A stretch of 64,000 nt of DNA from Chrysomallon squamiferum (Eukaryota; Animalia; Mollusca). Position 1 is the stretch's first letter; every line of letters starts with the position of its first letter. Made by a program: the position numbers and the translations under genes. This document shows, one piece after another, positions 28,367 through 39,909 of this stretch. The stretch lies in assembly GCA_012295275.1 (NCBI GenBank), contig CM022675.1, positions 12,648,001 through 12,712,000 on the forward strand. Reading direction: 5' to 3'. Under the pieces are notes generated by a model. That model was not told the DNA's origin and searched no databases. It saw nothing but the letters and a program-made list of their open reading frames with translations.

Positions 28367-31300
28367 TTATCTTTCTATTAAATATGGATCAGCTCCATGT
28401 TCCAGCAAATACAAAACTACTTCATCATATCTGTAGTTGACAGCTATAAAAAGAGGAGTTTTACCTTCGTTGTTTTTAATATTTACATCAACACCTTTTT
28501 CAATCAGTGCTTTCACAATTTCTATGCTTCCCAGTTTAGCTGCCATGTGTAAAACAGAATTGTTGTCACAGACTGTTAAATTAGGATCAGCTCCTTGTTC
28601 CAGCAAATACAAAATTACATTGCAGTGATCATTATTAAGGTAAAGTTCATATTGATATCTGTGACAGTATGTACCTAAAAGAGCAAGAAGAGGAGTTTTA
28701 CCTCTACTATTTTTCATGTTTACATCAGCACCTTTTTCAATCAGTGCTGTCACAATTTTTATTTTTCCACGTTCAGCTGCTAGATGTAAAACAGAATTGT
28801 TATCACAGTCTGTTAAATTAGGATCAGCTCCATTTTCCAGTAAATATAAAACTACTTTACAATTATCATAATCAAAAGAATCACAATAATTAGCTGTAAA
28901 AAGAGGAGTTTCATGTTTATTGTTTTCAATGTTTACATCAGCACCTTTTTCAATCAGTGCTATCAAAATTTTTATATTTCCACGTTCAGCTGCTACATGT
29001 AAAACAGAATTGTTATCACAGTCTGTTAAATTAGGATCAGCTCCATTTTCCAGTAAATACAAAGCTATTCCATTTTCTCTGTTTTTCAAAGCTCAAGAAG
29101 AGGTGTTTTTACCATCATTGCTTTTTTTATTTACATCAACATCTTTTTCAATCAGTGCCATCACATTTTCTAAATTTCCACGTGCAACTGCAAGATGTAA
29201 AACAGAACTGTTATCACAGTATGTTAATTTAGGATCAGCTCCATGTTCAAGTAAGTATGAAACCACACCGCACTGACTATAGTCCAAAGCTACATGAAGA
29301 GCAGTTTTACCTTCATTGCATTTTTTATTTACATCAACATCTTTTTCAATCAGTGCAGTCACAATTTCTGTTTTTCCATGTTTAGCTGCTAAGTGTAAAA
29401 GTAAATTCTTATGATTCTCTGCTATATTGAGATCAGCTCCATGTTCCAGTAAATACAAAAGTACTTTCGAACCATGATCATCACAGAATCGAGAACACCG
29501 ACATCCATAACAATTTTTAGCTGTAAGAAGAGGAGTTTCTCCTCTATTATTCAAAACATTTACATCAACACCTTTTTCAATCAGTGCTTTCACAATTTCT
29601 ATATTTCCATGTTTAGCAGCTATGTGTAAAACAGAATTGTTATCACAGTCTGTTAATTTAGGATCAGCTCCTTGTTCCAGCAAATACAAAACTACATTGT
29701 AATGTGTATCATCAACTAATTCATAATAATGACATACAGTATCATTTACAGCTGTAAGAAGAGGAGTTTCTCCTCTATTATTCAAAATATTTACATCAAA
29801 CCCTTTTTCAATCAGTGCTCTCACAATTTCTATATTTCCATGATTAGATACTATGTGTAAAACAGAATTATTGTCATCATCTGTTAAGTTAGCTCCCTGT
29901 TCCAGTAGATACAAAACTACTTTGTTCCGTTTGTAGTGCACAGCTGTAAGAAGAGGAGTTTCACCTCTACTATTTATTATGTTTACATGAGCACCTTTTT
30001 TAATCAGGCCTGTCACAATTTCTATATTTCCATGTTTAGCGGCTATATGTAAAAGAGAATTGTTATACCCATCTGCAAAATCATGATCAGCTCCATGCTC
30101 CAGTAAATACAAAACTACATTGCAGTATTGATCATTAGCGTAATGAGAATATTGATATGCATTCCAATAAATAGCTTTAGAAAGAGGAGTTTCACCTTTA
30201 TTGTTTTTGATATTTACATCAGCACCTTTTTCAATCAGTGCTGTCACGATTTCTATATTTCCACGTTCAGCTGCTATGTGTAATGCAGAATTGTTATACC
30301 TGCCTGTTAAATTAGGATCAGCTCCATGTTCCAGTAGATATAAAACTGCTTTGTTTTGTTTGTGGTTGACAGCTGCAAGAAGAGAAGTTTCACTTTCGCC
30401 GCCTTTAATATTTACATCAACACCTTTTTTAATTAGTGCTGACACAATTTCAATATTTCCATCTAAAGCTGCTGTGTATAAAACATAACTGTAATCAAAG
30501 ACTGTTAAATTAGTATCAGTTTCATGTTCTAGTAAATACAAAACTACTTCCTGCTGTTTGTAGTTGACAGCCATACAAATAGGAGTTAAACCGAAATTGT
30601 TTCTAATGTTTACATTAACACCTTTTTTTATCAGTGCTCCTAGAATTTCTGTATTTCCATGTTTAGCTGCAAGATGTGAAATAGAGTTTTTGTCATTGTT
30701 TGTTAAATTAAGATCAGCTCCATGTTCCAGCAAATACAAAATTATTTTGCAATGATCATTACTAAGATAGTTATTGTAACTATCACAGTATATCCCTGTA
30801 AGTGTAAGAAGAGGAGTTTCACCACTACTATTTTTAATGTTTACATTAGCACCTTTTTCAATCAGTTCTCTCACAATTTCTATTTTTCCATTTTTAGCTG
30901 CTTTATGTAAAACAGAATTGTTATCACTATCTGTTAAATTAGGATCAGCTCCATGTTCCAGTAAATACAAAGTTACACTGCAATATTCATCGTAATCCAA
31001 AGCTGAAACGAGAGCAGTCTCACCTCTACTATTTTTCATGTTTACATCAGCACCTTTTTCTATCAGTGCAGTCACAATTTCTATATTTCCATGTTTGGCT
31101 GCTATGTGTAAAACAGAATTGTTATCACTATCTGTTAAATTAGGATCAGCTCCATGTTCCAGTAAACACAAAACTACTTCATTTTCTCTGTTTTTCAAAG
31201 CTCTAAGAAGAGGTGTTTCGCATTTACTATTTTTAATATTTACATCAACACCTTTTTCAATCAGTTCTCTCACAATTTCTGTTTTTCCATTTTTAGCTGC

Positions 31301-34300
31301 TTTATGTAAAACAGAATTGTTATCATTGTCTGTTAAATTAGGATCAGCTCCATGTTCCAGTAAATACAAAGTTACACTGCAATAGTCACTGTAATCCATA
31401 GCTAAAAGGAGAGCAGTCTCACCTCTACTATTTTTCATGTTTATGTCAGCACCTTTTTCTATCAGTGCAGTCACAATTTCTATATTTCCACGTTTGGTTG
31501 CTATGTGTAAAACAGAATTGTTACCAGTGTATGTTAAATTAGGATTAGCTCCATTTTCCAGTAAATACAAAATTACACTGCAGTGTACACAACTAAATGA
31601 ATAAAAATGCTGACAATTTATGGCTGTAAGAAGAAGAGTTTCACCTTCACCGTTTTTAATGTTTACATCAGCACCTTTTTTTATCAGTGCTCCCAGAATT
31701 TCTATACTTCCATGTTTAGCTGCTAGATGTAAAACAGAATTGTTATCATTGTTTGTTAAATTAAGATCAGCTCCTTTTTCAATCAATGTTGTCGCAACCT
31801 CCACATGTCCAAGTTCAGCTGCTAGGTGTAAAGCTGAATTCTTATTTTTATCTGTAATGTTAACATCAGCTCCATTTTCTAGTAAAAACAAAACTAATGT
31901 ATTTCTATGCTCCGAGTCCTTCATAATTACAGCATCGTGAAGTGGAGTTTCTCCCTTACTGTTCACTGCATTAATATCAGCATTTCTTTTTACCAGTGAT
32001 TTCAACAAAGCTAAGTCACCACGCAGAACTGAAATGTGGAGAGGTGAGTCAGATGGCAATAGATGCAATATGGTCTCTGTTAACCACAGAAACATATTAG
32101 AAATACAGTTTTCATTGATAAAGTTAAACCAGTGAATCAATGTCCTATTAACAGCTATATGAGCATTAGGATCAGCTCCTTTATCAAGAAGACACTGAAC
32201 AACATCTGCACTGTTAAACATCACTGCCACTTTCAGTACTTGACTTTTCTTCCAGTTGTTCTCATCTGTATCATTTTGTCTCTGGTCAATAAGAAAATTC
32301 ACTGTGTCAGCAGAACCCCACATTGCTGCTGCTAAGAGAACTTCATCTCTGTTCTCATCATTTAAACAATCAGGTTTTACTTTTACTATTTCTCTTATAA
32401 CATCTGAACTCGTCTGACCAGCGGCAATGACAGCAATGTTTTTAATTGTATTTATTATTTCAATGGTAACCAGTTTCTTAAGAAGATGGCTCATATCAAC
32501 AACTTTGTTGACCAGAGATTTTATGATGTATACCATGTCGCTTACATCACTATGGAACCTAACCAATAAAAGTTTCAAAGCTTTTTCTTTGATTTCACTT
32601 TTGTCTTTCTCTGCATTTATAATGTCTGCTAAATAACAGGCAATGTTCATATTACTAGAATAAATTGAAAGAAACAATAACTGTGTGTATTTATTAAATT
32701 TTACCTCCTTCTCATACTGTAACAGTTCTTCAAGTATGGCAACATTGTCTGATTCTGAACATCCAGCTACACAGAATGTATCAGTTGATGGATTAACACC
32801 TGATTGTAGCAAAATTTTCACAACATCTTCATCACCAAACAAACAAGAAATATTCAAAAGTTCTTTTTTGTGATATGTTAACTCCATTTTACACAGATTT
32901 GATGTGAAACACTTCGACAGTGTTCTCAGTCCATTCACAACACACTCACTTGCAACAGATGAAGAATTTATCTTTATTTCTGTAACTGCCAAATATGGGA
33001 AGGGTATTTTCTGAGACTCTAAAAGATTGTCATAGAAATGTACAATTTCCTGAAATATATCAAGGAATATTTTATCTACTTCACATACACAAGAATATTC
33101 TATTCCATTCAGTTTCTGATTCAGTATTTCAGACAATTTACCATAAAAGTGTTTTTTCTCTATGATATACTTCACAAACTCTTCATCTTTCAGTGATGGA
33201 TGAGAAATAATTTCTCTGGCTCTGCTTGATGCCAGCAAGTCAGTAAATCTGCGAGCAAGAACATCAAAGCAGTCAGGTCTCACAGTCATTGTAATGTGAC
33301 TTTTGTTAGACACTCCAGGTGTCACAACATATTCTAACAACATGGAGACAGGACACACTTCTAGCAACTCTGCTGCTTTCTTTGGAAACTCTGATGAAAA
33401 GATCAGAAACAAACAGTCAAACACTGACTGGTGAATAAATGTGTATTTATTGTCGTAACACATTAAATAGGTGCCACACATTTCATCAGCTGTTTTCTTT
33501 ATATCTGTGAGATCTGTGTTTTTTAGACTTGAACAGACACGCCCTAGCGGTTTTACTAATTTCATGATTTCACTGTCAGTATCGTTTTCAAATGGGTCCA
33601 GTGAATCAATGCTGAGACTGCCTTGCTGAAACATGATCAGCAGTAGAACCAGATAATTTATCTGTAAGAGTTCATCACTTTTCATATTTTCCAGCTGTTG
33701 TGTGAGATATTCTACAGGTTTCTTAAAAAATTCAACTCCTCTTTTTTGTGCATCACTTGAATTAACATAATACACACACACCTGAGGAAATCCTAACTCT
33801 GTACAAGAACTGACAATAACCTTGTATTTGTCCTTTTCATCCATTGGAACATCTTTTTGTTTCAGATATTTGTTTAGAATTTCTTCTTTTTCATCACAAC
33901 CATAACTCTGCAGGAAAAGGAAATGATTCTCATTAAACAGACCAAGTTCCATCAAATGAGTTTCACTTTTTGTAAATACTTGATTTCGTAAGGTAATAAT
34001 ACATTTCACAGAACCATCCTGAACAAGACTCCACATCTTTGAAAATTTTGGTTGCCATGACCACATAAAATTTGAAATGAGATTAGTCTTACCAAATATG
34101 TCATCAATGAGAACAACACATTTTGTATTTGTAGACAGATGGATATCATTGAATTCAGAGTGATCTGTCAGCAAGTAAGATTCTCTTTCCTCTTCTTTTT
34201 CTATCTTTCTCATCATACTCAAAGCTAGAGTTGTCTTTCCTGAACCTGGGCATCCTACTACAATCACAACACCATACTGCTTCAAAACTTCAATACCTCT

Positions 34301-34365
34301 TTCTTCTGCTCTTGTTTCAACATAGACACTCCAATCAAGTGAGTTCAGCAATGACTTGGTAGACT
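28367..34365 (-). CDS. Giant terminal exon: P-loop STAND NTPase, helical linker, ankyrin array
   Basis: Walker A VIVVGCPGSGKTT, Walker B CVVLIDDIFG, sensor-like CIITLR, LGFPQ motif, FIHQSVFD. Then ~17 tandem two-repeat units (NSVLH.AA..G..EIV.ALIEKGADVN / GETPLL.A...LYLLEHGADPN). ORFs 29093-34351 and 28367-29089 are in the same frame, split by one TGA. Confidence 0.93.
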
Positions 34366-35393
34366 CTGTATCACACGAAGTTAAAAGATTTTAAAATCTA
34401 TTATAAATTGTTTTATAATTATTTGTACTATAGAAAGAAAAACATTATAATTTCTTAGCAGGCATCAATTTGAAATTTATAATACTCATTCATCAGAATT
34501 TAATGAAAACATCAGTGATAAGATTAAAAGCAACTAGATGATTGTTTTTATTAATGAACCTTTTCCTTAACTAGACAAGGAAAAAAATGTACCTTTAATA
34601 TTGGATGTTCTTCCATCAGTCTTTGCTGAAATAATAAAAAAAGAATAAAACCAGTAAATTTCTATAACTGATAAGTAAACAGGAATTAACAAAGTGATCT
34701 GCACAATTAATCTGCAGTTTAGTCACAACAGAGCAAACTTTAAGATTAAAAGCAACAAGATGATTATTTCGTTATTAATACACATTTTTCAAAACTATTC
34801 AAGGAAAACAAAATTTACCTTTACTATTGGATGTTCTTCCTTCAGTCTTTGCTGAAATAATATAAAAATAAAACAAGTAAGTTTCTGTTACTGAAAAGCA
34901 AACATGAATTATTAATAAAAGTGATCTGTACAATTATTCTGCAGTTTATTCATAAAAGAGCAACCTTGTAACATCATTATTTTATCTTTCTGATTGATTT
35001 TACTGTAATTACTACTGTTGTCAAATTACTGCCATAGTTGCTGTTTCTTGATATTATTGTTTATTTATTGTTCTGATTATGTTGTAATTGTTGTTGCTAC
35101 TGTTGTTGTTCTATATATGTTGTATAATATTTTAATATTTACTAGTGATAATAATAATTTGTATAGTGTTTCAGTAGTTACGGGTGATAATAATAACAGG
35201 TATATTAATTATATTAATAACTTGTATTAAGATGATAATCTACTTCTGTCTAACAGTGTGAGTGTGGTTTAATGACTGGGCAAGTTTCTACAGCTGCACT
35301 GAGACAGAGACAAACAACATTCAAATTATAATGAATAATTTTCAAATAGTTTAATAACCTCTAAGTAGTGAAAAATATTTATATGTGTGTGAA

Positions 35394-35429
<36 letters not shown>

Positions 35430-36448
35430 AATGTATATTTATATGTCTCACTAATTATATGTTTATGTCCTGGATTCAATGTAAAATTTACATAATAGCT
35501 GTTTAGTTTTCTATGAAAATGTATGTGTACACAGAACAGTCTATAAATTATAAACCTGTGTGTTGTTCAGGTCACTGTTTCTGATAGAAAAGTAATAATC
35601 ATTACTGGGCTGTGTAGTTCTATCAAATGTACAAAGAAAAGAAAACTTACATCTGCTCCCAATTTCATTCCCTATCTCAACATTTTGGCAATTAGATATG
35701 TTGTAGTAATTGTTGACTATGCCGCAATTTGTATTTTGCTCTAACATTGATTGTCTTCTTAAAACATCTGTGAAACAGTAAATGAAGTTATTTAAATGTG
35801 CAATGTAGAAACAAAATTTGTGGAGAATTTTTTTACTTTTTATCTTTACATAGAAAAATGTCAGGATAAAGTATTAATAAAATCTGGTACTATTGAATAT
35901 AACTGTGTTTTAGAACAAATTGTTTTTAATACTGTTAACTGATTATTTGTAAGAGCTAAAAAAAAATATATTACTTTAAAATATTAAAATGAATGAAATA
36001 AATACAAGAATTATTACAATGGTAATCAAACAGTAATGTATTTTGTTTTACAGTTTTCATGTGTCAAACTTTCAAACAGGACATTAAACTCTTTCAATTG
36101 TTAATTTATTATCAATAAAAAATCAGAAAAATGCATGTGTACAAAACAGTTTGTTTTATTTCCTCGGATATTGTTATAAGCACAAAATTGTTAGCACACA
36201 CTTTAAAGTGAAAGTAAAAAGAACAGAAATAAATAATAATTTTGTCTCTTTAGAACTGGCCATCTAAATAGTAAACTACATTGTAGAGAACTCATGTGTT
36301 ATAAATTACCTTCACAAGATGCGACACTTGACACTTGTGGCTGTAAATGGTGTACAGTATCTGAAGTAGATGAATCTGTGGTGTTTTCAGACAAAGAAAC
36401 AGCTGCAGTGTTAGAACTGACTCCTGAATCCTCTTTTTCATCATCCAT
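28367..36448 (-). CDS. NLR-like protein: N-terminal degron-like and RHIM-like leader, STAND (nSTAND3-type) NTPase, ~35 ankyrin repeats
   Basis: Coding exons 36310-36448 (MDDEKEDSGVSS...), 35651-35767 (DVLRRQSMLEQNTNCGIVNNYYNISNCQNVEIGNEIGSR), 33-bp micro-exons 34819-34851 and 34593-34625, and a giant exon 28367-34365. All introns are phase-1 GT-AG and join in frame. Confidence 0.85.
34517..34965. repeat. ~225-bp tandem duplication, each copy carrying a 33-bp micro-exon
   Basis: taagattaaaagcaac.agatgatt...acctttaatattggatgttcttcc.tcagtctttgctgaaataat...gtgatctg.acaatta.tctgcagttta.tca.a..agagcaa occurs twice. Confidence 0.9.
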
Positions 36449-37086
36449 ATTTGCTGAAGAGTAAAATATCGGTTTTAATACAAATCTTATGGATTGTTCA
36501 TATTACATTCAGTTCTATAGATTATATTTATAAACAACATAATAACATCAAAAAATTAAACCTTACAAGTTTTAATGTATGTTCAAGTGCTTAAACTGTG
36601 ATATGAGGTTCTGTTAAACACGCATACGTTTTTTTTTTTTTTTTCTGAATTCTAGATTATCCCAAAGGAAACTAGCCAAACATACCTGATTAAATTTTCT
36701 CAAAAAAATAAGACAATATCAACATTGAAATTTCTTGGGTACAGGGACTTTGGTGCTTTATTATGTTTGTAGTAAAACAGAAGCTACATTCTGAAAAGAG
36801 AGGTTTATCTGCATATCTGTCTGTCTGTCTGTCCACACACACACACACACAAACATTGTTGAAAATTGACTTTATACTAAAAAAAACCTGAATATGAGCA
36901 ATACTAAAATAACTGACCATTTTGAAAAAAAACATCTAGAAACTTTTTTTTGTTGTTGCAACTAATAGTTTAAAAGCTTTGTATGTTTAGAAAACACATG
37001 ACACAAAACATCAAGTTACACTTTCAACTGTGGAGAAAAAGCACAAGTAGAATTCTTTCTTTCAAATAATAATAATTTTTCTTTAT

Positions 37087-37128
<42 letters not shown>

Positions 37129-38130
37129 AAGCCCACACACAGGGTGTTCATTTTGTGTTTAGCTGATCACCCAAAATATCATCAGACAAGTGAAAACATA
37201 TCTTGCAGCACCCTCCTGGTGATAAAAAATTTCCATATATTGCATTATGTATCAAAATACAAATAACTGATGTTTCTTAGACACTGTAAACTTATTTTAT
37301 AATTCATTGTTTTCTGCTGGTTCCTACAGGGTTCCAGACTACTGATTTAATAAAAATTAGCCTGTCCAAGTGCTGCAGTGCTTAAGCCATTGTTTGCCTT
37401 GACAAATACAAAACAATGGGTCACTGATTAAGCATAATGAAATATGCCTGCTTCCAGCCTCTGTGTTTTTACAGTATCTTTACATAATATGTAACTGCAG
37501 ACAGACTTCAAAGAACTTTTGCAGTTAAATGATAAATTTCACCAACTGATATTTGTTTTCTTTACAAACGAGTGTATTGTGTCAAACATTTTATTTGTAC
37601 TTTTTAAATAGCAATTAATCTTTATATATATTTTCAATGTGAACATTCTCATAAAAGGTGCTTCACAACAGCTTGCTCTGATTAGCACGTTAATTTTTTT
37701 CCTATTCCTATTCCTATTCTCATAAAATTTAAGGAGTTTGTATGGAAGTACAGACTTTGTAATAAAGGACAATTTCTTTAAGAAACTGTGTAAACACACT
37801 TTTGTTAATTACTTTCATGGACAATATTTTGATCTGATCATTCCAGCACTCGGAGTTTCGAAAGACTAATTTTCATTAAATTCAGTGTTCTGGAACATTA
37901 TATCATGTAGAATGGAGTATATAAAGATTTTTACATACTGATGTTTGATTATTCAAAGGTTATTATAATAATTATTACTAACTTATATAGTAGCTCAGCC
38001 AGGACAATACTCTCAGCTTGACAGATCAAGGTTTTTGAGAAATCAATAATTGAGCTACCTAAGTTTGATAAAAATTATGCACTTTTCAATAAAAAGATAA
38101 TCATTTAATAATACATTAGTTAAATGTTAC

Positions 38131-38200
38131 CTTATTGAAGGATCTGTGCATGAAACCCTCAAGTAAGCAACCCTCTTTTATCCAAAACAGTAAAAATAAT
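38131..38200 (-). other. Probable 5'-UTR exon of the STAND-ANK gene
   Basis: tctactgcag| acceptor and caataag|gtaaca donor. Confidence 0.45.
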
Positions 38201-38381
38201 CTGCAGTAGAGAACTTTCTTTTTGGTACTTTTTTAAACCTTACCTTTATAAACCTTTACTAACTAAGCTAAATTGCTAGTTTTCATTGCACTAAGCATAG
38301 AGAGACATTATAAGCCAATCAAAACAACAACTGTGACTTCAACTTTCCTTATGTGGCACGATATGTACAAGTTTTGATCAA

Positions 38382-38870
38382 TTAAAGGTAGGATACTTCA
38401 ATCATTTATACGTAAATATAGGTACCGGCAGCCTAGCCGATATAATTGGTCGAAGCTGTTAAAAGTTCAGATTTTGTCCATTTTCCTCCACTCCCAAATC
38501 CCTTCTGTAAATCCTACCATAAAAAACAAATACATGTAACTAAAGATCTGTATGTGCTCTTTTAAATAGTGTTGTTGTTGTCTGTTAAATAGCTTATATC
38601 AAAAGTTGTGTCCAAAAATGTACTTTTTCATGCTTTCAAACCAATTTTGAAAACACACTGGCTGAAAATTAAACCTATGTTCACGGGATCAAATGAAAGA
38701 TCATTCAATTACCTTTCAAACGATGTGCGACAGTACGGTGTGTCTTCTTTGGCGAAAAGAAGCTCCGCGTTTGAAAGTAGCTCGTACTTAGCGAAATCGC
38801 CATTGCCTTACGTTTTCTACAGAACGAAATCGCCGTATATTTTATGTACAGCTAGAAAGGTCTAATTAAC
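38382..38870. mobile_element. Possible non-autonomous DNA-transposon fragment (Kolobok-like end)
   Basis: CpG-enriched island starting TTAAAGGTAGGATAC, with an internal gaaagatcattcaattacctttcaaacgatg hairpin. No matching right end seen. Confidence 0.3.
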
Positions 38871-39246
38871 AAATATAACAGCTATAACCTCTGCATGGAA
38901 AGTGTCACGTTCCAAATTTAATAAACTAAGTAAATCGACTGATCTGTCTATCGTTTATATTTTTTATATTTATCTGTTAAATACACGATATATGTAAACT
39001 ATTAGAAGTAATAATTAAGTGGACATTAAACATTTATATTTTAAATATATTAATGGTATATAATATTTTTGTGTAAAAGTAAAAATACTTTTTAAAACTG
39101 TTTAACTTTGAGTGGCAAACCTTTCTCGTGACCTGTAATTAATATTAAATGTAAATACAGTGATATATTAAAAATAGCAAGAAAAAAAAAACAAAAAAAA
39201 CAACAAAAAAACTGAATACGAATAAATAAATTAAGTTTATCTTTAC

Positions 39247-39400
39247 CTCCACAATGGAAGCAATTAACTAACCAGTTTCTTCAAATTTTTTAACTTTAAT
39301 TTGCGCTGCAACACCCCCTAAAAACTAGCCGCCATTTTAATCGTCAGATTGAAAATCGCGAGAACTCGCGAGATTATTTTGTGCACTTTGTACCCGGTTA
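39247..39400 (-). promoter_or_regulatory. Probable first exon and promoter of the STAND-ANK gene
   Basis: Donor ggag|gtaaag at 39247. YY1-type AAAATGGCGG on the - strand at 39329-39338. Two tandem TCGCGAGA motifs (BANP/ZBTB33-type) at 39356-39373 in otherwise CpG-poor DNA. Confidence 0.6.
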
Positions 39401-39866
39401 CACCCGATTACATTCATTTTATGTGATAATTAATTATTTATTTATTTATAGTCATTGGGATCACCAAAAGCAATTTAATAAATATCATAATTTTATTTAT
39501 TCTGTTAATTATATTACAATTATCTAAAAGTCGATGTCTTTAAAATTCAAAGTTGTATGAAGACTAGTGTGTGTGCGTGTGTGCGTGTGTGTGTGTGTAT
39601 CTATACACACACATACATGGTGCTTTTTTATTAATGTTTCTGAGCAATAGTAATGGGAGGTTGTTTTGATTCTCAAAATGTATATTTCAGTTTATGAAAT
39701 TATAATGAAATTATGAATAGAAGTGGAACTTTTATTAATATTTTATTCAATTTTTAAAATACGATACAGTCTTTTATTGCTGGGTTTTTTTTTTTTTTCT
39801 CTTTTTTGTATAGTTTCTGAAGTAAAAAGAAACGAACATATTGTATGTCTTCATTGTTCCTGTGTT

Positions 39867-39909
<43 letters not shown>

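Noticed and set aside
28437-32873. Several + strand ORFs over the ANK exon
   Set aside because: Antisense shadows of the repetitive coding strand.
35240-35310. Possible extra exon in the STAND-ANK leader
   Set aside because: Phase-compatible readings hit TAG, and there is no good donor.
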